A stretch of 32,000 nucleotides of DNA from a metagenome. Below the pieces are notes generated by a model. The model was given only the letters and a program-made list of their open reading frames with translations. It ran no database searches and was not told the DNA's origin. The position numbers and the translations under genes are program-made. The stretch lies in sequence record Ga0181588_10000598; one strand, written 5' to 3'. This document shows positions 1 to 8,095 of this stretch, piece by piece (positions within the stretch are counted from its first letter, which is position 1; the number at the start of each line of letters is the position of its first letter).

Positions 1-527
1 CCGGCGTTTGGCTTGGCTTGCGCTCTCGCCGCGCACTCGCTCAACAGCTTCATCGCCGCGCTCGCCGGCAGCTTGGCCACCGTATTTGCGATCGTCGTCG
101 AATCACTCACCGACAAACATCTCTCTATCAGCGCCGTATCATCCGCGCGAAGCGCCTGAGACAACAACGCCGCGAGCGAGTCCGCCTTGGCCCCGCCGCC
201 GCTCGACGATCCCCCGCCGCCGCCGCCGCCGCCGCCGCTCGCCGCCCCCGACCCACCGCCCAGCACCGCATCCAACGGTCGCATCGCATCATCCATCGTC
301 CCATCACCATCCTTCTCCCTTCGCGCGCCGCCGCCGCTACCGTCGCCTTCGCCGTTCGCTCGCGTCAGCGCCGCCGCTCGCGCCCCGAGCGTGCTCTCTC
401 TCCACCCCGCCGCCGCCTCTCGTCCACCGACCGCGTCGCCCTTTTCCTCCCCGGTCGGTCCGCGTTCCATCACGCTCGGCGGCATCACCGTCGCCCCGTC
501 GTCTTCCCTTCCTCGTCGTCGCGTCAT
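1..527 (-). CDS. Utp12-domain protein (UTP5/WDR43-like C-terminal domain); partial, continues past the left window edge
   Basis: The minus-strand frame is open from ATG 527..525 to position 3. It is absent from the ORF track because no stop lies inside the window. The translation ends ...ADSLAALLSQALRADDTALIERCLSVSDSTTIANTVAKLPASAAMKLLSECAARAQAKPNA. This matches the remembered Utp12 signature of UTP5/WDR43 (SLxxLLxQxL..D..L...L....I..TV..LP.....LL.E...R.Q..PN). An in-frame TGA lies at 698..696 with no ATG between it and 527. Confidence 0.55.
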   Translation of the reverse strand, partial: MTRRRGREDDGATVMPPSVMERGPTGEEKGDAVGGREAAAGWRESTLGARAAALTRANGEGDGSGGGARREKDGDGTMDDAMRPLDAVLGGGSGAASGGGGGGGGGSSSGGGAKADSLAALLSQALRADDTALIERCLSVSDSTTIANTVAKLPASAAMKLLSECAARAQAKPNA

Positions 528-930
528 CGTCGTCCGCCCGTCGTCGCGTCGAGTCGTCGCGTCGTCGTCTCTCTCGAACGAACGCCCCGACACCGAGACG
601 AGAAAGTCACGACCGACGCGACGCGATCGACGACCGATTTTTGACCGATCGGTTTCATCGGGCGTTTTCGCACCTCTGTACGACGAAAACGTGCTTCACG
701 GACCTCTGCGACGCGACATCTATCCTCGCTGTGCGCGGGATTTTTGCCCATGAAAGAAAACGACGGGTTCGGCGCTCGATTTTTGACACCGCTCCGATGA
801 TGCGATCGCCGTTCGTTTTCGTCTCTGTCTACTACGGGACCGACGAAGTGTGAAGCCTTTTTCATCAGGTTTGAAAAACCGACCGACCCTTGGTCTAATT
901 CTTGAGTGATGACTCTAGGACTCTAGGTGT

Positions 931-971
931 GGGTTTAGTTAGGGTTTAGAGTTAGGGTTTAGTTAGGGTTT
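931..971. repeat. Interstitial plant-type telomere-like repeat / telo-box cluster
   Basis: There are three exact TTAGGGTTT copies (939-947, 952-960, 963-971), the reverse complement of AAACCCTAA. A partial GGGTTTA sits at 931-937. A tandem gactctag x2 (911-926) precedes them. The cluster lies in the divergent spacer between the minus gene starting at 527 and the plus gene starting at 1080. Confidence 0.85.
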
Positions 972-1079
972 GACGTGATGACGACTGACCGATGACTGAC
1001 TGACTGATGTTTGAATGTGGATGGAAACCAACGAACCGTCGTCGGTGCGCCAGACGCCGACGGGGCGGAGGAGAGACGG

Positions 1080-4000
1080 ATGTCGAGCGAGAGACGGGGC
1101 GGAGTCGCCGGTGGAGTCGCCCCCGCGCCGCCGTCGGCGCGGCAGCACCTGGAGAGGACGTGCTTTTTGTGCCCGAAAGAGCCCCGAAATCGACGACCGA
1201 AAAAGGTGCTGAAACGATGCTACGACGCGCTCGACTTGGATGAGTGGGTCGGACCGGTGCTCCTGGACGGGAAGGACACGACGCCGAAACACGCGCATCA
1301 AGCGTGCGCGTTGTGGTGCCCGGAAGTGTACTTTGACGCGCGGATGGAGCGGTTGAGAAAGGTTGAGACGGCGATGAAGCGGGCGAAACAAATGACGTGC
1401 GCGTGGTGTAAACTCAAAGGCGCGGCGATCGGGTGCGGGATAGAGGAGTGTCCGAGGAGTTATCACTTGACGTGCGCGCACGAAGCGAATTGTTCGTTCG
1501 CGCAGAGTGAATTTATGCTGGCGTGTCCGAGACACGTGCGGAGGTTGGCGACGGAGCGGGCGGACGCGCGTTGGCAAGACGTGGGCGTGGAGGAGGCGGA
1601 GCAGCAACAGACGACGACGACGCAGACGACGACGCAGACGATGATTCGGGGGGATTCTGGGAGCGGGGGAGAGGACGGTTTAGACGATCACCACGCTCGT
1701 CGTGCGATGACTGGAGCCGGGGCTGGGCCGTCGGGTGCGGCGGGCGGGAACGAAGCGCAGCGAGTGGCGCCGCGCGCGCCGGGCGCGACGCCGATTTTGA
1801 ATAGGATTAGAGCCGCCGCCGAGGAGGACGCGGAGAAGAGACGCAAGCAGCGGCGCGGGGGGTCGAGGAAACGCATCAAGATGAATGATGAAAAGTTTAT
1901 GAACACGCGGGAAGGGGCGATTTATCAGGCTGTCATGGAGGCGGGCGCCCGATTGAGTGCCGAAAAGGACAAGGTGGGCGCCATTGCGGATGACGAGGAA
2001 GCCTTTAGGCTGAGAGAATCGAGGCGTTTCGAAAAGGACAAGTCTGAGATTCCACGAGTCGTCGTCGGTGGTGGAATGGGTGTGTCTGCGTACTCACAGG
2101 GTTGGGAGTCGCTCGCAGGCATGGAGGAGCACGTCAAGACGCTCAAAGAGATGACGCTTTTGCCGCTCGCGTATCCGGAAATGTTTGAGACGCTGGGCGC
2201 TGGAGCGGCGCGCGGTGTCCTCCTTCATGGACCCCCGGGGACGGGTAAGACCGCGGCAGTTCGCGCCATGCTCGGTGCCGCCGCTCGAGGACCGCGGCCA
2301 ATCAGTTTCTTTAGTCGTCTGGGCGCGGATTGCTTGGGCAAGTATAGCGGCGAGGCAGAGCGCAAGCTCAGATTGCTCTTTGAGGAGGCGGAGAAGCATC
2401 AGCCGAGCATTATATTTTTCGACGAGATTGACGGGTTGGCGCCCGCTCGACGCGGCGGAGGCGGTGCGTCCGGGGCGCAGGATGAGATTCACTCCTCCGT
2501 CGTGGCCACGCTCCTCGCGTTGATGGATGGCTTATCTGGCAGAGGCTCCGTCGTCGTCGTCGCCTCTACCAATCGGCCAGACGCGGTTGACGCCGCGCTT
2601 CGGCGTCCGGGTCGTTTCGACCGCGAACTATTCTTTGGTTTACCGGATGCGCGCGCACGAGCGGACATTCTCGGCGTGCACACTCGCGGGTGGACGCCCG
2701 CGCCGACGAGAGCCACCCTCGAAGCCGTCGCGGCGCGCACCGAAGGGTGCGCGGGCGCCGATTTGCGCGCCATCGCCAACGCCGCTCTCATGAGCGCACT
2801 TCAGAGAACGTGTCCGTCTTTGCTCAAGGGCGATCCAACGCGCGACTCTTTGGCTGTCGAGCTCGAGTCTAGGCTTCCGCCTCCTCCGAGCGCCGAGGCG
2901 GCGATGGAGGAGGCGCGCGTCGAGAGTTCTCACGGCCGCGTCGGCGCGAGCCTATCGCTGGAACAGTTTGAAGCGCTTGGAAAGCGTATCCGCGTGTACT
3001 GGCCGTTGGAAGACGTTCTTCACGACGCGACAATCGTTGGTTACGATCGCAACACCGTCACTCACAGGATTCAGTACGATGACTCGAACATTTTCAACGG
3101 AGAGGAAAAGTGGATGCAACTCTTTCGACCCAACGTCAACGTTGAATTGCTCCCGATGGATCCCGAGTTTGAAAACAAAAAGCTGAGTGCACGGATCAAG
3201 GAAGCGCAAGACGACGCGTTGAAGCGACGAGAAAAGTATCGAGAGAGTCGACGAGAGGGCATCACGGTGGCTTCGAGAGATTGGACGCACGCATTGACGA
3301 CGACTTCGAGCGCGTGTTCGGCGCGAACCGCCGCAGCGGCGCTCGTCCCTCGAGGACGACCGATCGAGAGCTACCTCTACCCGGTTCTCGGAGAGAATGT
3401 TCGTCAAGCATTGTACGAGTTCATTCGCCGCGGGGCTCCGGTTACGCCGAGGTGTGCAGTCAAGAAGATGGCACTCGCCACACGAGGCGACGTAGAGGGC
3501 GCGTTGGTCGCCGCCGGCGCCATCGACGTCATCCGGGGCAACGGAGACGATGACGACGACGATGATTGCGCCGAGGTCGACGCGCTGGCGCTGGCACCGA
3601 AAACGCCGCCGTCTCATGACGAGGCGATCGTCGACGGACCCGCGAGACAAGGCTGTCGCTTGCTTATTGCCGGCGAACCGGGCAACGGGCAACGCGAAAT
3701 CGTCGACGTCCTGCTCAACGCGTTGAGTGGCACTTCGACGCATTTAATCAGTCTTACTTCCCTCATAGCCTGCGGAGACGGAGACGCACATCATGGCGTC
3801 GGACCGGCGCTGCTCGAACCTCTCAGACAGGCGACCCGAACGAGGACGACGCTCATCATGCCGGATTTAGAATTGTGGGCCCTGGCGCAAACCGCCGAGC
3901 CAGATGGAGAAACCTTGGGCGTCACCACCAGCGCCCTGTGGGACCTCGTGCAGAGCACGGTTTCGGATTGTTACCCCGCGTCCTCCTCGGGAGAAGGTGG

Positions 4001-4949
4001 GCTCTACGTCATCGCGTCCGTCAATCTACCGAGCGAGGCGATTCCGGATGCAGTCAAGCACTTTTTTGCGTGCGATGGAGCGCTCGTGGACGTCGACCCC
4101 AGTCTGGACGCCGAAGCCGTCGAACGAACGATGCGTCGCGCGGCTGAGCACATCGCCGACGTCGACGTACCCGCGGTGTTCGCCGATTCGCGCTCGCACG
4201 TCGCGGCGAGGTTTGTCGCGAGCGAGAAGATGCCTGAAAAACCGCCTGCGGATGACGAACAATCTCACGAGGCGGCGTGCGAGGCGCTTCGAATCCGAGT
4301 TCGACGATCTCGGGCGGTCGTTCGCGCGGCGATCGCCAAGTGCACGCGCGAACTACTCAAGACGCGCAAATACGATCGTTTCTTTGACAATTGCGCACAA
4401 GCGTCACGATTGATTGATCTCGCGCTCGACCGCAAGATTGGCGATCCAAATCGATTCGTCAGAGATTTGAGAGCGTGCGCCAAGGCTATGAAGCCGCGCA
4501 AAAACACGGCGGCGACGCTTCATAAACCGCTCGTATCTCTTGGATTCAACGCCGTGGACACGCTCGAGAGCTGGTTCCACCTCGGCGTGCGGGAACTCTA
4601 CGAAGAGTACGCGGCGAGAGACGAGGAGTACGACGCCGCGCTCGTCGAATCATCAAAGGCGACGAACAATTACAATCTCCCAGGCGTCGTCGCGCGAAAT
4701 CCCGAACAACCGGAAAAACAAGAGGCTGACGATGACAACGACGACGACGGTGAAGAAACGGCTAAGAAACGGCCGCCGCTTCCGACGCGTCGACCGAGAG
4801 ACGACATCATCGCGGACGCGTACTCCGCGCTCTCCACGAACCTCGCGTCGAAAACCGCCAAATCCGTCGAAGACATTCGTAGAGTCATCGACGCCGCGCG
4901 TCTGCGAATACGCGACGACGAGCGTCGCCGAGTCATCTCCGCCGTCTGA
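1080..4949 (+). CDS. ATAD2/Yta7-like AAA+ ATPase with N-terminal extended-PHD-type zinc finger and internal Tudor-like segment
   Basis: ORF 1011..4949 starts on TTG in the track; the first in-frame ATG is at 1080. A Cys/His cluster spans about 1161-1540 (CFLCPK..HQACALWCPEVYF..CAWCKLKGAAIGCGIEECPRSYHLTCA..CPRH). Walker A GPPGTGKT is at 2229-2252 and Walker B IIFFDEID at 2409-2432. A second, degenerate P-loop reads IAGEPGNGQ. A Tudor-like stretch, RIRVYWPLEDVLHDATIVGYDRNTVTHRIQYDD, spans about 2982-3135. Confidence 0.9.
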   Translation: MSSERRGGVAGGVAPAPPSARQHLERTCFLCPKEPRNRRPKKVLKRCYDALDLDEWVGPVLLDGKDTTPKHAHQACALWCPEVYFDARMERLRKVETAMKRAKQMTCAWCKLKGAAIGCGIEECPRSYHLTCAHEANCSFAQSEFMLACPRHVRRLATERADARWQDVGVEEAEQQQTTTTQTTTQTMIRGDSGSGGEDGLDDHHARRAMTGAGAGPSGAAGGNEAQRVAPRAPGATPILNRIRAAAEEDAEKRRKQRRGGSRKRIKMNDEKFMNTREGAIYQAVMEAGARLSAEKDKVGAIADDEEAFRLRESRRFEKDKSEIPRVVVGGGMGVSAYSQGWESLAGMEEHVKTLKEMTLLPLAYPEMFETLGAGAARGVLLHGPPGTGKTAAVRAMLGAAARGPRPISFFSRLGADCLGKYSGEAERKLRLLFEEAEKHQPSIIFFDEIDGLAPARRGGGGASGAQDEIHSSVVATLLALMDGLSGRGSVVVVASTNRPDAVDAALRRPGRFDRELFFGLPDARARADILGVHTRGWTPAPTRATLEAVAARTEGCAGADLRAIANAALMSALQRTCPSLLKGDPTRDSLAVELESRLPPPPSAEAAMEEARVESSHGRVGASLSLEQFEALGKRIRVYWPLEDVLHDATIVGYDRNTVTHRIQYDDSNIFNGEEKWMQLFRPNVNVELLPMDPEFENKKLSARIKEAQDDALKRREKYRESRREGITVASRDWTHALTTTSSACSARTAAAALVPRGRPIESYLYPVLGENVRQALYEFIRRGAPVTPRCAVKKMALATRGDVEGALVAAGAIDVIRGNGDDDDDDDCAEVDALALAPKTPPSHDEAIVDGPARQGCRLLIAGEPGNGQREIVDVLLNALSGTSTHLISLTSLIACGDGDAHHGVGPALLEPLRQATRTRTTLIMPDLELWALAQTAEPDGETLGVTTSALWDLVQSTVSDCYPASSSGEGGLYVIASVNLPSEAIPDAVKHFFACDGALVDVDPSLDAEAVERTMRRAAEHIADVDVPAVFADSRSHVAARFVASEKMPEKPPADDEQSHEAACEALRIRVRRSRAVVRAAIAKCTRELLKTRKYDRFFDNCAQASRLIDLALDRKIGDPNRFVRDLRACAKAMKPRKNTAATLHKPLVSLGFNAVDTLESWFHLGVRELYEEYAARDEEYDAALVESSKATNNYNLPGVVARNPEQPEKQEADDDNDDDGEETAKKRPPLPTRRPRDDIIADAYSALSTNLASKTAKSVEDIRRVIDAARLRIRDDERRRVISAV

Positions 4950-4992
4950 TACCGCGCGCGTGAACACGCATCGATTATTCATCACGGTTTAA

Positions 4993-4997
4993 TGTAA
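4993..4997 (+). promoter_or_regulatory. TGTAA candidate polyadenylation signal
   Basis: TGTAA lies 44 nt after the TGA stop at 4947-4949. UGUAA is the known green-algal poly(A) signal. Confidence 0.5.
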
Positions 4998-5175
4998 TCT
5001 AAACCGCCCGGCGGCGCGCGCGCGACATCCCGGGTCGCGAAAGAAATCATCAACTCTCCAACAGAGTCACTTTTTCCAACTTTCGCGAGGCGTCCCGGGA
5101 GACAGTTGCAAAAAGAGCATCCATCCATCGTTTCAGAATCAGAATCAATCTCTTCAGACCCCGACTCGACTCGAC

Positions 5176-5844
5176 ATGGGCGCCGCCCTCACCGCGTGTC
5201 TCGCCTCGTCCTCGTCCGCGTCGTCGTCTTCGGCCGCCGATCGCGCACCGCCGTCGCTTCGCGTCAACGACGTCGACCGAGCCGTGCTCGAGCTCAAACA
5301 AACTCGAGAGCGAATGACCTCCACCATCGCGCGCGTCGACGTCGAAATCGCCCGCGACGTCGCCGACTTGGCGCTCGCTCGCGAAATGCGCGATGTGACG
5401 TCGTGCAAGCGCGCGCTCGCGGGAAAACGCGCGCGAGAGGCGCTGAGAACGAAGCTCGCGGGATTCGCGTCGGCGTGCGAGACGTCTCTGCGAGAGATTG
5501 ACGCCGCGCAGGCGACCAAGTCGACGCTCGACGCGTTGAGGTGTGGAAACGCGGCGTTGAAGGAAATTCAAACCGCGTGTGGAGACGTCGAGGCGTTGGC
5601 GGCGGATGCGGGGAGGATTAAGCGGTGGTTTGAGGTTTTGGGCGAGGCGTCGCCGGTGACGGATGAAGACGTCGACCAGGAATACGCCGCGTTGGTCGCC
5701 GCGGAAGAGGAGTCTGCCGTGGTCGAGCTCCCGGACGCACCGAAGGGGTTAAGCGTTGCGTTAGAGGAAGAAGTAGTGGAAGAGCACGCCGACTTGGGGG
5801 CGGAGGCGCAGAAAATGAAAGTCGTCGTCACAGAGCCGGCGTAA
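5176..5844 (+). CDS. VPS20: ESCRT-III subunit VPS20/CHMP6 (Snf7 family)
   Basis: The 222-aa ORF begins MGAALT, a Gly2/Thr6 N-myristoylation pattern typical of CHMP6/Vps20. Its Snf7-like coiled-coil core contains DRAVLELKQTRERM and LDALRCGNAALKEIQ, and the C-terminus is acidic. Confidence 0.85.
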   Translation: MGAALTACLASSSSASSSSAADRAPPSLRVNDVDRAVLELKQTRERMTSTIARVDVEIARDVADLALAREMRDVTSCKRALAGKRAREALRTKLAGFASACETSLREIDAAQATKSTLDALRCGNAALKEIQTACGDVEALAADAGRIKRWFEVLGEASPVTDEDVDQEYAALVAAEEESAVVELPDAPKGLSVALEEEVVEEHADLGAEAQKMKVVVTEPA

Positions 5845-5852
5845 AGAACCGC

Positions 5853-5857
5853 TGTAA
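5853..5857 (+). promoter_or_regulatory. TGTAA candidate polyadenylation signal
   Basis: TGTAA lies 9 nt after the TAA stop (5842-5844) and only 52 nt before the next gene's ATG (5909). Confidence 0.45.
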
Positions 5858-5908
5858 GAAGCGCGGGTTCTTCACACGCCGACGCGGTCTGGTTTCGGGC
5901 GACGAAAC

Positions 5909-7120
5909 ATGCGTGCGACGACGACGACGACGATGATGTCGCGTGTCGTGTCGACGTCCTCGGCGAGGTACGTCGACGCGCGCGCGCTTCGGCGTCGACG
6001 TGAAGGGCGTCTTCGAGCGTCGAGGGCTCGGGCGAGGTCCTTCTTCGGTCGAAACGACGCCGAGCAGTGGCTGGCGCCGCGCGACGATTCCGATTCGTCG
6101 GACGAGACGGGCGAAAAGAAATCGTCGTCGTCGTCGTCGGTCGACGATGCGTTGCGCGCGTTGGCGGCGCAGAGGCGCGGGTTGACGCTCTTTGAGGCGG
6201 AGATGCGAAAAGATGAAGAAGAGATAGACTTGCTCGCCGCGGCGTGCTACGTAGCCATGCATAAAAACCCCAGCCTGAATGTCGAAGAGGTTCGGAAAAC
6301 GATTGAGGATATGGCACGAGCGATCGAGGAGCGCGTCTCGCGCGAGCTCGGGGACGGCGAACGGTTCCCTCTGAGGACAATCAAGACGATTTCTCGGTGC
6401 TTTGCGGATGAGCTCGGGTTTCGTGGCAACTCTGACGATTACTACGACCCCGATAACTCGTGCGTGGACGTCGTGCTGCGGCGAAAAGTTGGAATTCCTA
6501 TCACGCTTTGTCTCATTTACATGGAGATAGCGGAGCGCGTGCGCGTGGACGGCGTGCGAGGGTGGGTGGATGTCGGGATTCCGGGCCATCTGCTGTGTCG
6601 ACCCGTGGCGGGGGAAGACGTCGCGATTCTCGTCGATCCCTTTAATCGCGGCGACGTCTTGTTCATCGAAGAGGTAGAGGACATATTGTCAAAAAATTCG
6701 TCGGGATTCCTGGGTGGGGGCACCACCAAGGTGCAGATTGAGCGAAGCTTTTTTGAACAAACCGAGGTGAGGAAAAAGGCATTTCTGACGAGAATGCTGG
6801 GTAATCTCAAGTCGATTTACTTTAGTCTCGAAGAGTACGACACGGCGCTGCAAATCACAGAGTACATGACGCTGTGTAATCCGTACGATTCGCTCAGGGC
6901 ACCGCTCGCGCGAACCATGGGTTTACTTTACTTTAAGACGGAGCGTTGGATGGACGCGCTTGACGCGCTCAACAAGTACGCCGCGATGCCAGACGCCGAA
7001 TTGGACGACGAGTTTTACGCATACTTGGAGCAAATATCCCGCGTCTTGACTCTCGAAAGGGACGTCGTTCTTGATGATGATGAAGATGATGATGATGAGG
7101 ATGAAGAAGAGGAGGCTTAG
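5909..7120 (+). CDS. SirB1/UPF0162-like transglutaminase-like + TPR protein, probable organellar presequence
   Basis: The 403-aa ORF starts on ATG. Its core (YYDPDNSCVDVVLRRKVGIPITLCLIYMEIAERV...GIPGHLLCR...VDPF) resembles the bacterial SirB1 transglutaminase-like fold and is followed by a TPR-like segment. The N-terminus is Ser/Thr/Arg-rich and the tail is acidic. Confidence 0.8.
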   Translation: MRATTTTTMMSRVVSTSSARYVDARALRRRREGRLRASRARARSFFGRNDAEQWLAPRDDSDSSDETGEKKSSSSSSVDDALRALAAQRRGLTLFEAEMRKDEEEIDLLAAACYVAMHKNPSLNVEEVRKTIEDMARAIEERVSRELGDGERFPLRTIKTISRCFADELGFRGNSDDYYDPDNSCVDVVLRRKVGIPITLCLIYMEIAERVRVDGVRGWVDVGIPGHLLCRPVAGEDVAILVDPFNRGDVLFIEEVEDILSKNSSGFLGGGTTKVQIERSFFEQTEVRKKAFLTRMLGNLKSIYFSLEEYDTALQITEYMTLCNPYDSLRAPLARTMGLLYFKTERWMDALDALNKYAAMPDAELDDEFYAYLEQISRVLTLERDVVLDDDEDDDDEDEEEEA

Positions 7121-7180
7121 AGAATTTTATTAGTTTTTAGTTTTTAGGTAGCACTACAAATCATTTCGTCATCGTCTCTC

Positions 7181-7729
7181 TCAACACTGCCTCGCCCGTC
7201 GCGCGTTGAGCTTTTTATTCTTCTTCTTCTTCTTCCTCGCCGCGGTTCCTATCCGCACCACCGCGTCCTCTCCTCCTCGGGCGTCTTTCCCGGCGGCGCG
7301 CTTTTTCCCTCGTCGTCCATCCTCCTCTTCTCCTCCATCGAACGTCAACTTCCCAATAACCCCACCGCTCGTCGACGCCACGACGTGTTCACCCTCTTCC
7401 CCAGCTACCATCCCAGCCCCTTGCGCCCGCGCCGCCGCTTTATACGCCCCGACATCCAACGTCGCGCGCGGCTTTATCCTCGGTTCCGGTTCCGGCGACT
7501 CCCCGCGAATCGTCATCACCCGCTCCAATTCCGTCCTTCGGTCCAACGTTTGCCCGTTCACCGCCGTCGCCTTTTCCATCTCCTCAAGTTCTGCCATCTT
7601 CGACGCGATGTACGCCTCCTTGGCGACGAACGCTTCGGTGCGCGCGCGTTTCTTCACAGCCGCCACGCGCGCGTTGTGGTGGTACTTGCGCGTCAATCCC
7701 TTTGTTCGCGTTCCTTTCGGGCACGGCAT
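7181..7729 (-). CDS. Hypothetical small basic protein with Lys-rich tail (possibly nucleolar)
   Basis: ORF 7181..7921 starts on TTG in the track. In-frame ATGs lie at 7843 and 7729. I prefer 7729 (MPCPKGTRTKGLTRKYHHNARVAAVKKRA...), but 7843 cannot be excluded. The C-terminus is ARKKKKKNKKLNARRARQC. No family was recognised with confidence. Confidence 0.6.
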   Translation of the reverse strand: MPCPKGTRTKGLTRKYHHNARVAAVKKRARTEAFVAKEAYIASKMAELEEMEKATAVNGQTLDRRTELERVMTIRGESPEPEPRIKPRATLDVGAYKAAARAQGAGMVAGEEGEHVVASTSGGVIGKLTFDGGEEEDGRRGKKRAAGKDARGGEDAVVRIGTAARKKKKKNKKLNARRARQC

Positions 7730-8033
7730 GATCCGATGCGGTTCGGTTCGGTCGTTTCGGTCAGAGCCGACAGTGAGAACGACGAGATGCCGATGCGAGG
7801 CGTGCGTCGGTGAGCGCGTCGGCGTCTGACGCGCTCCGCGCATCCGTGAATTATGAAGTTGCGACGAGAGTCCTAAAGTGTATGGACAAACAGTTACATA
7901 TATTTGGTCTACAAACGCCAAAACGCGACGCCTCAGTCAGAGTCACTGCGATCGATCGATGGCTACGACGGCGGCGTCGACGGCGCTGGATGCCAACCGC
8001 GCCCCAGATGCGCTCGTGTGTGCGGTGATGTGC

Positions 8034-8071
<38 letters not shown>

Positions 8072-8095
8072 ACTCGGATCGATCAACGCAGACGA

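Noticed and set aside
8-853. Long ORFs on the strand opposite, or out of frame, to recognisable genes. Examples: 8..853(+), 963..1607(-), 2952..3743(-), 5568..6380(-), 5828..6589(-), 7851..8534(-), 8119..8973(-), 23081..23626(-) and 28496..29302(+).
   Set aside because: Their translations are Arg/Pro/Ser/Gly-rich low-complexity strings with no family resemblance. Many start on TTG, GTG or CTG, and each overlaps a frame with clear homology. They are the stop-poor shadow frames expected in GC-rich DNA.
931-971. TTTAGGG repeats as a true telomere or chromosome end.
   Set aside because: There are only about 4 units. They are interrupted and are flanked on both sides by intact genes within a few hundred nt. 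This is an interstitial promoter-type motif cluster.
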